This document shows positions 17,645-27,223 of a stretch of 51,355 nt of DNA, piece by piece (within the stretch, counting starts at the first letter, position 1; every line of letters begins with the position of its first letter). Below the pieces are notes generated by a model that was not told the origin of the DNA, searched no databases, and saw only the letters and a program-made list of their open reading frames with translations. Source of the DNA: a virus (Duplodnaviria; Caudoviricetes); the IMG/VR virus record IMGVR_UViG_3300037755_000354, positions 1-51,355 of that record; one strand, 5' to 3'. The translations under genes were made by a program, and so were the position numbers.

Positions 17645-19873
17645 ATGCTGAGCAGACGGCCGGACAACTGCGCCGTCGCTTTAGCTCTGGCTGAACAGGG
17701 TTTTTTTGTATTCCCATGCCAGGAAGAGGGCGAGGACGCGAAAAAGCCAAAACGCGGTGTTTTCTGGCGTTCTACAGCTACGCGCGACCCGGCTAAAATC
17801 CGGCGATGGTGGACGCAGCACCCTGACGCATTACCCGGTATCGAGTGCAGCAAGTCCGGCCTGGTTGTTGTCGACGCCGATCGACATGGCGGGCCTGATG
17901 GTGTTTCGGCCTGGGATGATCTTGCAAGCAAGTATGAGCCGATCCCGGCACCTACGGTCACGACTCCCTCTGGCGGGCGGCACATCTATTTCAAACAGCC
18001 CAGGGGCGGGAAATTTGGCAATCGCAAGGGCGACTTGCCGCCAGCCGTGGACGTGCGCGGCGCTGGTGGGTATGTCATCGGCGGCGGTGCGACATTTCCG
18101 GACGGGCGAGCCTATCTGCCGCAGGGCGATTTTTCGTCCATTCCGGAATTGCCTGATTGGCTTGCGGAAATCCTTCGCGGTGAAAGTCCGTCTGTCGCAC
18201 CGCAGCCAGCAACGCCGGTTGTCATTCAGCAGACGAGCGATGCGCGACTCCGCGCTTATGCCGAAAGAGGCGTCGACGCCGAGCTGGCCAAGGTGCGCGA
18301 ATCTGCGCCGGGAACCTGGAACAACACGCTCAATGACGCTGCATTCGCACTGGGCCAGATGGCGGGCGCTGGTTGGATAGGCCAGGGCGAAGCTGAAGCG
18401 TGGCTGCTCGACGCCGCGCTGGCCGCTAGGCCAAAGAAACGGGCTGAGGCGGCATCAACAATCCGGTCAGGCATGAAAGGCGGTATGGCAAAACCGCGGG
18501 TCATGCCGGATAGTTTTGACGACGGCGACGCTGAGGCGGGCGCCGAGATTGTCCGCAGGCTGACGCGCACGAAGTGCGGCGATCTCATCGATGAGGAAAC
18601 TGGCGAGATCATCGCCGACGCAAAACCGGCGATCGGCGAGTTTCCAGACGCGCTGACGCGGCCGCCAGGGCTGGTCGGCGAAATTGTCGACTGGATCGAA
18701 GCAACCGCGCGTCGATCAAGTCGGGTTCTGGCGCTGCCGGCCGCTCTGACCGTCGTCGGGACCGCCATAGGGCGCGATCGCTCTGGGCCGACTGACAGCG
18801 CCACGCACCTCTATTGCATCGGGCTGGCGCCGACGGGTGCGGGCAAGGACCATCCATTGCAGCAGGTCAAGCGCCTGCTCAGCGCGTCCGGCATGTCATC
18901 CCTCATAGGACCATCGGAATTCCGGTCAGGAACGGCAGCCACGCGATTCCTGCAGCGCTCGCCGCTGTCGCTTTGCGTCATGGATGAGGTTGGCGCCATG
19001 CTGCAGACGATCAGCGATCGCCGTGCCGGGCCTTTCGTCAAGGATCTCACAAAGTTCTTTCGCACAGTGTGGAGCGCATCGTTCACGCCGTTCGCAACGG
19101 CCGAGTGGGCCGAGCGATCATCCGAGGTCATCGAAGCGCCTGCCATGTCGATTTTCGGTGTGTCGACCGCAGAAGAATTCCTTGGCGCGCTCACCGGCGC
19201 CGACGTCATCAACGGTTTTCTCAATCGCTTTGCCGTGTTCGCGGTCGACAGGAAGCCGCAAGCGGTAAAGCCGGCAACCGATCCGCTGCGCGTACCACCG
19301 GCGATATCGGAGCGCTTGACCTATTTGTTCAACGGCGGCAATCCGCTCGGCGTGGTTGGCAAGACCTATGGGCAGGACAGGCCGATAATTCGCAAGGTGC
19401 CTTTCGGCGCGAAGGCAGAAGCGGTTTTCGACGACTTGCTGCGTGAAGTCGACGTGCTCGGCGAAACAAATCCGGAGCTTGCGCCGATTTATTCGCGCAC
19501 GGCCGAAATGGCAATTCGGGCGGCGACGATCGTTGCCTGCGGTGAGAGTGCCGCGGCGCCAGTTATTTCAGCCAGAACGATGCTCTGGGCGCGAGACACG
19601 TTCATGCACGTCGCCAAGACTGTCGCCACAAGCGTCGTCGACCAGATCGCCGAGACCGAAAATCAGCGTCAGGCAAAGGCCGTTTTCGCCGTCATCCGCG
19701 ACGCCGGCAGCATTCAGCGCAGAGATCTGCTTCGCCGGCTGAATCATCGCTTCAAGGCGCGTGATCTGGAAGAGGTATTGAAGGCGTTAAGTGAGGCTGA
19801 ACAAATCCGAATAGTTCAAGAGTTCAAGTCGGGACCAGGGCGAAAGGCCACCAGCTATGAGCCGATTTCTTGA
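17645..19873 (+). CDS. Bifunctional primase-polymerase fused to a helicase-like (DUF3987-type) domain
   Basis: VVVDAD, TPSGGRHIYF, DVRG.GGYV; PTGAGKD; MDE; GFLNRF. Confidence 0.88.
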   Translation: MLSRRPDNCAVALALAEQGFFVFPCQEEGEDAKKPKRGVFWRSTATRDPAKIRRWWTQHPDALPGIECSKSGLVVVDADRHGGPDGVSAWDDLASKYEPIPAPTVTTPSGGRHIYFKQPRGGKFGNRKGDLPPAVDVRGAGGYVIGGGATFPDGRAYLPQGDFSSIPELPDWLAEILRGESPSVAPQPATPVVIQQTSDARLRAYAERGVDAELAKVRESAPGTWNNTLNDAAFALGQMAGAGWIGQGEAEAWLLDAALAARPKKRAEAASTIRSGMKGGMAKPRVMPDSFDDGDAEAGAEIVRRLTRTKCGDLIDEETGEIIADAKPAIGEFPDALTRPPGLVGEIVDWIEATARRSSRVLALPAALTVVGTAIGRDRSGPTDSATHLYCIGLAPTGAGKDHPLQQVKRLLSASGMSSLIGPSEFRSGTAATRFLQRSPLSLCVMDEVGAMLQTISDRRAGPFVKDLTKFFRTVWSASFTPFATAEWAERSSEVIEAPAMSIFGVSTAEEFLGALTGADVINGFLNRFAVFAVDRKPQAVKPATDPLRVPPAISERLTYLFNGGNPLGVVGKTYGQDRPIIRKVPFGAKAEAVFDDLLREVDVLGETNPELAPIYSRTAEMAIRAATIVACGESAAAPVISARTMLWARDTFMHVAKTVATSVVDQIAETENQRQAKAVFAVIRDAGSIQRRDLLRRLNHRFKARDLEEVLKALSEAEQIRIVQEFKSGPGRKATSYEPIS

Positions 19874-20041
19874 ACTAATTGAACAAATTATTGAACAAAT
19901 AGACAGGGAGAATCCCTTGCTGAGTAAGGAGTTTAGTGTGTGTGTATGTATTTGTTCAATTGTTCAAGACATCAATCCCTAAAGAGGCAAATTCCCTGAA
20001 AGAGACTCTTACGCGTGAACAAATTGAATAATTGACCAAAT
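19870..20041. repeat. Iteron cluster (TGAACAAAT family), probable replication origin
   Basis: Direct copies near 19870, 19879, 19891, 20016, 20025, 20033; inverted copies at 19950-19967; AT-rich; directly after the primase. Confidence 0.75.
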
Positions 20042-20052
20042 GGAGCTTCCGC

Positions 20053-20643
20053 ATGAGCAACGACGAAATCAGCGAACTGCATGAATCGACCCGCAAAGAG
20101 CTGGTGCGAGCTCATCGACGCTTTCTGCAGCGGCATCATTCGCTCGAGCGCCGCACCTGCATGCGCGTCATTGCCGAGCGCCAGAAAGCCATCGCCAGGC
20201 CAACAATGCTGCTCACGCCGCTCGCGCAGCGCTATGCGATGACGAAGGCCGGCAAGCTGCATCTCACGACGCTCGACAGGATGCTTGATATCGGTGAAGC
20301 GCTAGCGCTGGAAAGATGGGCTCTGTGTGAAGAGCTTTTGCGTGGTGAAATTAAAACTGCTCGCCTGGGCGGCTGGGGTAGCGAGATGAATATGCGCAGT
20401 CCGGTGCCGGACAAATGGATACGGGATGTTCAGCAACACATGCGTTTTCGCAAGCGGTTGCCTTGCCAGGGTGTGCGGTTTCGACTGCTGGCCGCTTTCG
20501 TTGCAATCCAAAATGGCGTAGAAGGTGCATTGTCGTCGGCGCAATATGGACTGCGCTTTTATCCGCGTGCTACGAACAAGCGGATGGCGTTTCTGGATGG
20601 GATTGCCATGGTGGCGCTCGGATTGACGGCTGAAGGGTATTGA
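20053..20643 (+). CDS. Hypothetical protein at the position of a late-gene regulator
   Basis: ORF with RBS ggag between the origin and the late region; function inferred from position only. Confidence 0.6.
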   Translation: MSNDEISELHESTRKELVRAHRRFLQRHHSLERRTCMRVIAERQKAIARPTMLLTPLAQRYAMTKAGKLHLTTLDRMLDIGEALALERWALCEELLRGEIKTARLGGWGSEMNMRSPVPDKWIRDVQQHMRFRKRLPCQGVRFRLLAAFVAIQNGVEGALSSAQYGLRFYPRATNKRMAFLDGIAMVALGLTAEGY

Positions 20644-20644
20644 G

Positions 20645-20911
20645 GTGAACGAAAAATCAGAAAGCCGGGCTGGAACGCTTCATGTCGGATTGCTGATATT
20701 CGCAATCTACGCCTGTCTGGCTTGCGCTCATTTTCTAAATCCTGAAATGCCTGACTGGTTGTATAAACTGGAAATTGCAACTGGCTGTATGCTTATGGCT
20801 GGCACGGTTTTCTTGCTGAAGCGTGATATTGAGCAAATGGACGCTGAAATTGAAATCCTGAAAGCTGAAGAGGAACGGCTTCGGCGCTCTCGAAATTCGC
20901 TTGACAGCTAA
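20645..20911 (+). CDS. Small two-TM membrane protein
   Basis: Two hydrophobic segments and a coiled-coil tail. Confidence 0.6.
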   Translation: MNEKSESRAGTLHVGLLIFAIYACLACAHFLNPEMPDWLYKLEIATGCMLMAGTVFLLKRDIEQMDAEIEILKAEEERLRRSRNSLDS

Positions 20912-20956
20912 CGACCCAAAATATAACGATATTCCTAGTCTGGACAGACTGTACCC

Positions 20957-20990
20957 AACCCGCCGCACAATCGTGCCGAGCGGGTTTTTT
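20957..20990 (+). terminator. Intrinsic terminator ahead of the late operon
   Basis: AACCCGC...GCGGGTT followed by a T-tract; TTGACA at 20901 upstream. Confidence 0.65.
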
Positions 20991-21096
20991 CATGCGAGTT
21001 TTTCAAGGGTGAATGCGTTTGTACAGATTAGCAGGCGGGATGCCGTGGGCTGAAGACCCACGACAACCCTGACCACAGAGCAGGGCTGACTACTCC

Positions 21097-21498
21097 ATGG
21101 CTGGTGAAACGGTAGTTTCGGAAAACGCAAAAAACAACAAGAGACCTCATTTGATTGGCGATGATCCACGAGTGGTGCATCTTGAGGGACGCGTCGAGCG
21201 TGTCGAGGGTGATGTACGTGATATCAAAGCCGGCGTGCAGAAGTTATTGGATCGTCCGCAACATCCGGGATTCGGCCAGGTTCTCGCCGGCATTTTGACA
21301 ACCCTTTTGATTACCGGCCTGATTTTCGGTTTCGGCGAATGGCGATTGGGGCAAGCAGTGCAGCCTGTCCAGGCTGAGGCCGCCGCGGCCGCAATAACCG
21401 CGAATCAAATTGCAGCATCGCTGCAGGCGGCTGAGGTTAGGGCGGCTGTACTCGAAGAGCGCATTTCGTGGATCAGGGAAAAGGCAAGACTGCCTTGA
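21097..21498 (+). CDS. Coiled-coil plus single-TM protein
   Basis: LEGRVERVEGDVRDIK; one hydrophobic helix. Confidence 0.65.
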   Translation: MAGETVVSENAKNNKRPHLIGDDPRVVHLEGRVERVEGDVRDIKAGVQKLLDRPQHPGFGQVLAGILTTLLITGLIFGFGEWRLGQAVQPVQAEAAAAAITANQIAASLQAAEVRAAVLEERISWIREKARLP

Positions 21499-21869
21499 AC
21501 GATGCGCCAGAGAGCTCTGATCGCCAGCGTATAACAGCGGCCGAGAGCGATATCCGCGTCATCAGGGCCGATGCGCAGACGACGGCGAACGTCCTCGATG
21601 GAATTGCCATCAATCAGCGCGAGACGGTGAACGCTCTCAATGCGCTGAAGGAAGGGCAATATCCGCCGTTCGAGTATGTGCTCAAGGTGTTTGCGCTTGG
21701 CGTGGCGCTCTTGGGTTCGGTGCTCGCAGCGTCATTCTGGCTGATGGATAGCCGCATACGCGAGGCAACGAGGGTGCTGGATTACCGTGTCGGACGCATA
21801 GAGCAATCCATTGTGCTCACGCCTACATTCGTTCCTGCGCCGGCTACTGTGCCGCTACAGCCGCAATGA
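21495..21869 (+). CDS. Coiled-coil plus single-TM protein (architecture like the previous gene)
   Basis: TTG start overlapping the upstream stop; one TM helix. Confidence 0.6.
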   Translation: MNDAPESSDRQRITAAESDIRVIRADAQTTANVLDGIAINQRETVNALNALKEGQYPPFEYVLKVFALGVALLGSVLAASFWLMDSRIREATRVLDYRVGRIEQSIVLTPTFVPAPATVPLQPQ

Positions 21870-21880
21870 AGGGCAGATGA

Positions 21881-22075
21881 ATGGGCATCTTCAAATTCGC
21901 ATTGAACGATTTGGTTCAGATGAAGATGAGCGGAGAAAGTGGCCAGGTGCACGGTCGCGCCGAATATGCCGATGGTGGCGATAATCTTTATCTCGTGCAC
22001 TACGTGGCTGCAGATGGCTGCTATTGCGAGCGCTGGTTTAGTGAGAGGGCGCTGGATATCCAGCCGCCTGCCTAA
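21881..22075 (+). CDS. Small hypothetical protein
   Basis: FKFALNDLV...SGESGQVHGRAEY. Confidence 0.65.
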   Translation: MGIFKFALNDLVQMKMSGESGQVHGRAEYADGGDNLYLVHYVAADGCYCERWFSERALDIQPPA

Positions 22076-22091
22076 GCGAACGTCGCGATAA

Positions 22092-22493
22092 TTGTCTGAT
22101 GTTCGGCGCAGTAAGGAATCCGAGACTTATCGTCGGCTCTACAAAACAGCGCGGTGGCGCAAGACCAGGGAGCGGAAACTCAATCAGGAGCCACTTTGCG
22201 GCATGTGCAAGGAGCAGGGCCGAGTGACTGCTGCAACCGTCTGTGATCACATTGACAAGCACAGCAAGCTGACGATTGAAGGCTTTTTTGCTGGACCATT
22301 TCAGTCTCTTTGCAAGGCACATCATGATAGCGCCAAGCAGTCAGAGGAGCGGACAGGCATTGTCAAGCCGACCGTTGGCGTTGATGGGTGGCCGGTCACT
22401 GATAACGCGGCGCATGCGGGGGGTATTTCGAACAATAAACCCAACCATCTCGCGGACCGGCGGGGTCGGAAATCTTTCGAAAAGCCAAATTGA
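22092..22493 (+). CDS. HNH endonuclease (HK97 gp74-like packaging cofactor)
   Basis: EPLCGMC, ATVCDH, QSLCKAHHD, GVDGWP; directly upstream of terS. Confidence 0.85.
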   Translation: MSDVRRSKESETYRRLYKTARWRKTRERKLNQEPLCGMCKEQGRVTAATVCDHIDKHSKLTIEGFFAGPFQSLCKAHHDSAKQSEERTGIVKPTVGVDGWPVTDNAAHAGGISNNKPNHLADRRGRKSFEKPN

Positions 22494-22500
22494 TGTTGGG
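22415..22500. other. Possible cos region
   Basis: G-run and ACCG-containing segment just before terS, where HK97-like cos sites usually lie; inference. Confidence 0.3.
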
Positions 22501-22510
22501 ATTGTGAGAT

Positions 22511-22909
22511 ATGGCAACCAGAGGAGCAAAACCAAAATCGGCGCATTTGCGGATAATCGACAGCACCCACCGAACCAATCGGCACGGCGATCGCGACGAG
22601 GCCAAGAAAGTTGCCGAGACCGCCACGCAGCAGTTTGGCGCGCTGACCCGTCCGAAGCATTTGAAGCGCGAGGCCTTGGCTGCATGGAAGAAGTACATCG
22701 AGCCAGCGTCCTGGCTGGACGGCAGCCGTGAACCAGCGGCGATTGCGTTCTGCGAGCTTTGGCAGGAATTCATGGACGGGCCGCGAGTTTTCGCGGCGTC
22801 GAAGCATGGCCAGATGCGCGCCTATATGAGCGAGCTTGGCCTGACTGACGAACGGAACCGTCTGGACAAGGACGACGACGAGAAGCGTGACGAGTTCTTC
22901 GACGATTGA
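22511..22909 (+). CDS. terS: Terminase small subunit
   Basis: RGAKPKSAHLR...ELGLT..RNR; precedes terL. Confidence 0.8.
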   Translation: MATRGAKPKSAHLRIIDSTHRTNRHGDRDEAKKVAETATQQFGALTRPKHLKREALAAWKKYIEPASWLDGSREPAAIAFCELWQEFMDGPRVFAASKHGQMRAYMSELGLTDERNRLDKDDDEKRDEFFDD

Positions 22910-24755
22910 TCGCGCAACGGCGTATGCCGAGGCGGTGGTCAGCGGAAGCATTGTTGCCGGACCGCATGTTCGGAATGCATGCCGTCGTCATCTGGACGAT
23001 TTGGAACGCGGTCATGAGCGCGGCCTCGCATATGACGAGGCAATGGCGGCAAAGACCATTCGATTTTTCGAAACCAAGCTAAGGCTCTCGGAAGGCCAGT
23101 TCGAAGGCAAGCCGTTCAAGAGTGACCCGGCGCAGGATTTTATCATTGGGTCCCTATTCGGCTGGAAAAAGCATGACGGGGCGCAGCGATACGAAGCGCG
23201 GCGATTCCGGCGGGCCTACATTGAGCAGGGCAAGGGCAACGGGAAGTCACCGCTGGCAGGCGGCGTCGGTCTTTATGGCCTCATGGCTGATGGTGAGGCC
23301 GGCGCTGAAATCTATTCGGCGGGCGCGACGAAAGAGCAGGCCGGTATTCTGTTCCGCGATGCCGTCAAAATGGTCGACAAGTCGCCTGATCTCGACAAGC
23401 GGCTGAAGCGCAGCGGATCGCCGGGCAAGGAATACAATCTCGCATACTTGGCGAAAGGTTCGTTCTTCCGGCCGGTTTCGAGGGAAACCAAAAAGACTGG
23501 CTCCGGGCCCAGGCCGCATTTCGCATTGGTCGACGAACTGCATGAACACGCGGATGGCGGCATTATCGAGACGCTGGAGCGTGGCTTTAAATTTCGTCGT
23601 CAACCGCTGCTCTTGATGATCACCAATTCGGGGAGTGACAGGAACTCGGCCTGTTGGGCAGAGCATGAGCACGCAGTGAGGGTCGCGTCAGGCAATCGTG
23701 ATGCCAAAGACGATGAGGCGTCATACCTCGGTGAGCCGCTGGACGATTCCACGTTTTCATATGTCTGCGGGCTCGATCCTGGCGATGATCCACTGGAGGA
23801 TCCTTCGTGCTGGGTGAAGGCGAACCCGCTTCTAGGGGTAACGATTACAGAGGAATATCTGGCGGGCGTCGTCAAGCAGGCCAGCGACATCCCTTCGAAG
23901 CTGAACAACATTCTCAGGCTTCATTTCTGCGTCTGGACAGATGCGGAAACGGCATGGATGACGCGGGCGGCATTAGAGCCGTGCATCAAGGAATTCGACG
24001 TCACGGCGCATCACGGCAAGTCAATTTGGCTGAGCTGCGATCTATCCCAAAACAAGGACATTACCGCGCTCGGCGCTGTCGTGAAGACAGGCGAGATTGA
24101 GGTCGAGGCCGAGCGCGACGGCAAGATTCAGAAGGTCATGAAGCCGACCTATGACGCCTGGGTCGAGGCGTGGACGCCGGGCGACACCATTAAGGCGCGG
24201 GAACTGACGGACAAGCAGCCCTATACGGTGTGGGTGAAACAGGGGCACCTGCACGCACCAAAGGGCGCGAGCATTCGCTTTGACCACGTCGCACAAGCCG
24301 TCGCGGAATACGCGCACGACTTCGACGTGAAGTGCCTTGCTTACGACCGCTATGCCTTTCGCCGCGGTTTCGAGCCGGAGTGCACCAAGCTCGGCATCGA
24401 TGTCGAGTTTGTCGAGCATCCGCAGGGCGGTACCAAGAAGGGCAAGCCAAACGAGGCGATGATTGCAGCGGCAAAGACTGCGAAGCGTGAGCCGGAAGGC
24501 TTGTGGATGCCTGGTTCGGTGCGCGAGCTGGAAGACGCCATTGCTGAAGGGCGCATCAGGATCAGGCTCAATCCGGTCGTGATCTCGGCGATGATGTCGG
24601 CCGTGACCGACGAGGATCGCTGGGGCAATCGCTGGCTGGCGAAAGAGCGGGCCGTGAACAAGATCGACTGCGCGGTGGCGCTGGCAATGGCTTTCGGCGC
24701 GGCGTGTTCATATGAAGGCGCGCCAGCCAAGACTTTCCAGATGATATTTATCTGA
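22887..24755 (+). CDS. terL: Terminase large subunit
   Basis: GKGNGKS, VDELHEH, KANP.LG, YDRY, KIDCAVALAMA. Confidence 0.95.
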   Translation: MTSSSTIDRATAYAEAVVSGSIVAGPHVRNACRRHLDDLERGHERGLAYDEAMAAKTIRFFETKLRLSEGQFEGKPFKSDPAQDFIIGSLFGWKKHDGAQRYEARRFRRAYIEQGKGNGKSPLAGGVGLYGLMADGEAGAEIYSAGATKEQAGILFRDAVKMVDKSPDLDKRLKRSGSPGKEYNLAYLAKGSFFRPVSRETKKTGSGPRPHFALVDELHEHADGGIIETLERGFKFRRQPLLLMITNSGSDRNSACWAEHEHAVRVASGNRDAKDDEASYLGEPLDDSTFSYVCGLDPGDDPLEDPSCWVKANPLLGVTITEEYLAGVVKQASDIPSKLNNILRLHFCVWTDAETAWMTRAALEPCIKEFDVTAHHGKSIWLSCDLSQNKDITALGAVVKTGEIEVEAERDGKIQKVMKPTYDAWVEAWTPGDTIKARELTDKQPYTVWVKQGHLHAPKGASIRFDHVAQAVAEYAHDFDVKCLAYDRYAFRRGFEPECTKLGIDVEFVEHPQGGTKKGKPNEAMIAAAKTAKREPEGLWMPGSVRELEDAIAEGRIRIRLNPVVISAMMSAVTDEDRWGNRWLAKERAVNKIDCAVALAMAFGAACSYEGAPAKTFQMIFI

Positions 24756-24766
24756 AGGAGCTCGTT

Positions 24767-26776
24767 ATGGAGCGGATGTATTCGGTTCTTCATGTGAAGG
24801 CCGTAGATGAAGAAAGGCGGCAGATCATAGGTGTGGCAACAACGCCGAGCCCTGATCGCGTTGGCGATATCGTCGAGCCGCTTGGCGTGAAATTCAAGAA
24901 CCCCTTGCCCCTGCTTTGGCAGCATCGAAGCAGTGAACCTGTCGGGTCGGTGAAATTCGACAAACCGACAAAGGACGGGATCACCTTCACCGCGAAGCTC
25001 CCCAACATCGAACGGCCTGGCAACCTCAAGGAGCGGATCGACGAGGCCTGGGAGAGCGTCAAGCACAAGCTTGTCACTGGCGTGTCGATCGGGTTCCGCG
25101 CCATCGAGCATGCCATGATGGAGGACGGCGGTATTCATTTTTTGAAAACCGAAGTCCTCGAGCTTTCCCTGGTGACGATCCCTGCACAGCAGGATGCGAC
25201 GATCCAGGCGATTAAATCCATCGATTCAGCGTTGCTGGCCGCGGCTGGCCGAAGCGACGCACACCGGACCGCTGAAGAGCGGACGTCCCTCGTATCGGGA
25301 ACCATTGTGAAATCCATTCCAAAGGGAAACCCGAGAATGACAAAGAAGACGATTTCGGAGCAGATCTCCGATTTTGAGGCCACGCGGCAGGCGAAAGCTG
25401 CGCGCATGGTCGAGATCATGGAAGATAGCGGCGCGAAAGGCGAAACGCTGGATGCCGAGCAGACGGAAGAGTATGACGGCCTTGCCGATGAGGTGAAGTC
25501 GATCGATGCCCACCTGAAGCGCTTGCGTGATCTGGAAAAGCAGAGCCTGAACACGGCCAAGGCCATCGACGGCAGCGATGCCGCGAGGGGCGCCGCCTCT
25601 CGGTCGAATGCAGTTCGCGTTTCGGTGCGCGGGCAGCGTCTTGAGCCTGGCATTGCGTTCACGCGCATTGCCAAGGTGAAGGCTCTGGCCAAGCTCGACA
25701 GTGATAGCGTTCGCGAAGTAGCCCGCGATCTCTATGGTGAAGACTCTCCGGTTTACGGCCACTTCGTCAAGGATGCGACCGGCGCCGCCAACACGACGAG
25801 TTCATCGTGGGCTGGCTCGCTCGTCGGTGATGAGACGTCGGCATTTGCCGATTTCGTCGAGTACCTTCGACCGATGACGATCCTTGGCAAGTTCGGCACG
25901 AATGGCGTTCCGAGCCTGCGGCGCGTGCCGTTCCGGACCGCGCTTATCGGTCAGGACTCCGGAGGCGAAGGTTATTGGGTCGGAGAGGGTGCGGCTAAGC
26001 CGTTGACCAAATTCGACTTCTCCCGCCGGACGCTTGATCCGTTGAAGGTTGCGAATATCGCGGTGGCAACGATGGAGCTGCTGCGCAATTCCAGCCCGTC
26101 TGCGGAAATGATCCTGCGTGATCAGCTCGCTGCAGCCTTGCGGGCGCGCATGGACACCGACTTCATCGATCCGACGAAAGCGGCATCCGCCGGCGTATCT
26201 CCGGCGTCGATCACGAATGGCGTTGTGGCCCTTGATTCCAGCGGCACGGATGCCGATGCAGTTCGCCAGGATGTCCAGAATCTGTTCAACGCGTTTATCG
26301 CCGCGAATAACGCGCCGACAAGCGGCGTATGGATCATGAAAGCGACGACGGCTTTGACGCTTTCGCTAATGATGAATGCGCTTGGCCAGCCCGAGTTCAC
26401 TGGCATCAACATGAACGGCGGAACGTTCTTTGGCCTGCCGGTGATCACGTCGGAGTTTGTCCCGGTCGAGCATACCTCGCCGACGGACAGCAATTACGTG
26501 ATCCTTGTGAACGCTTCGGACATCTACTTCGCGGATGACGGTGGCGTTTCCGTCGATATGTCTCAGGAAGCATCGCTGGAGATGTCATCCAATCCTGCGC
26601 ACGCCTCGTCCGGGATCAACTCCCCGGCAAGTTCGCAGGGTGCTTCGCTGGTCTCGCTCTGGCAGACCAACAGCGTCGGCTTCCGCGCAGAGCGGACACT
26701 GAACTGGCTGCGCCGCCGAGATACGTCGGTTCAGGTGCTTGGTGAGGTGCGCTGGTCTCTGGCTGCCGCAGCTTAG
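24767..26776 (+). CDS. Prohead protease fused to HK97-fold major capsid protein
   Basis: PLLWQH, GVSIGF, ELSLVTIPA protease motifs; delta-like coiled coil; WVGEGAAKP; SLWQTNSVGFRAER. Confidence 0.92.
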   Translation: MERMYSVLHVKAVDEERRQIIGVATTPSPDRVGDIVEPLGVKFKNPLPLLWQHRSSEPVGSVKFDKPTKDGITFTAKLPNIERPGNLKERIDEAWESVKHKLVTGVSIGFRAIEHAMMEDGGIHFLKTEVLELSLVTIPAQQDATIQAIKSIDSALLAAAGRSDAHRTAEERTSLVSGTIVKSIPKGNPRMTKKTISEQISDFEATRQAKAARMVEIMEDSGAKGETLDAEQTEEYDGLADEVKSIDAHLKRLRDLEKQSLNTAKAIDGSDAARGAASRSNAVRVSVRGQRLEPGIAFTRIAKVKALAKLDSDSVREVARDLYGEDSPVYGHFVKDATGAANTTSSSWAGSLVGDETSAFADFVEYLRPMTILGKFGTNGVPSLRRVPFRTALIGQDSGGEGYWVGEGAAKPLTKFDFSRRTLDPLKVANIAVATMELLRNSSPSAEMILRDQLAAALRARMDTDFIDPTKAASAGVSPASITNGVVALDSSGTDADAVRQDVQNLFNAFIAANNAPTSGVWIMKATTALTLSLMMNALGQPEFTGINMNGGTFFGLPVITSEFVPVEHTSPTDSNYVILVNASDIYFADDGGVSVDMSQEASLEMSSNPAHASSGINSPASSQGASLVSLWQTNSVGFRAERTLNWLRRRDTSVQVLGEVRWSLAAAA

Positions 26777-26799
26777 TGGGTTAATGACGTAGCAGGGGA

Positions 26800-26835
26800 A
26801 TGGGCTGCCACTCACGGGTGGTGGCCCATCTTTTT
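26800..26835 (+). terminator. Intrinsic terminator after the capsid gene
   Basis: ATGGGC...GCCCAT stem followed by a T-tract. Confidence 0.6.
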
Positions 26836-26845
26836 GGAGGCCAAC

Positions 26846-27223
26846 ATGAAGAAAATGGTCGCAACGAAGTCGATGACTTATAGGACGCGCCGGCTTCGTG
26901 CTGGCGATGAGTTTGAAGCGAACCGCCGCGATGCGCGTGTCCTGACGGCGATCGGCAAGGCAAAGGTCGCTGCTGAGCCAGTGAAGCGCCGTCAGGCGCG
27001 CGCTGCCTCTGCGCCGCCAATTGAGACGCCTGGCGAGCCGGAACCTGCACCACAGCAGCAGTCGGTGGCAGAACAACCAGCCGAAACTGACGATCTTGGC
27101 CTACTCACCAATGCAGAGCTTCGCCAGATTGCGGCGCGCGAAAGCATCGATGTGTCTGCTTGCAAGGTGAAAGCCGATCTGATTGACGCCATCAATGCGG
27201 CGCGCGAAGAGGATGACGTTTAG
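26846..27223 (+). CDS. Hypothetical head-module protein with a C-terminal HeH/Rho-N-like domain
   Basis: LTNAELRQIAA...KADLIDAI. Confidence 0.65.
   Translation: MKKMVATKSMTYRTRRLRAGDEFEANRRDARVLTAIGKAKVAAEPVKRRQARAASAPPIETPGEPEPAPQQQSVAEQPAETDDLGLLTNAELRQIAARESIDVSACKVKADLIDAINAAREEDDV

Noticed and set aside
21044-21062. CTGAAGA-loop hairpin as a lambda-type boxB
   Set aside because: No boxA nearby and no N-like gene; noted only as part of the late leader
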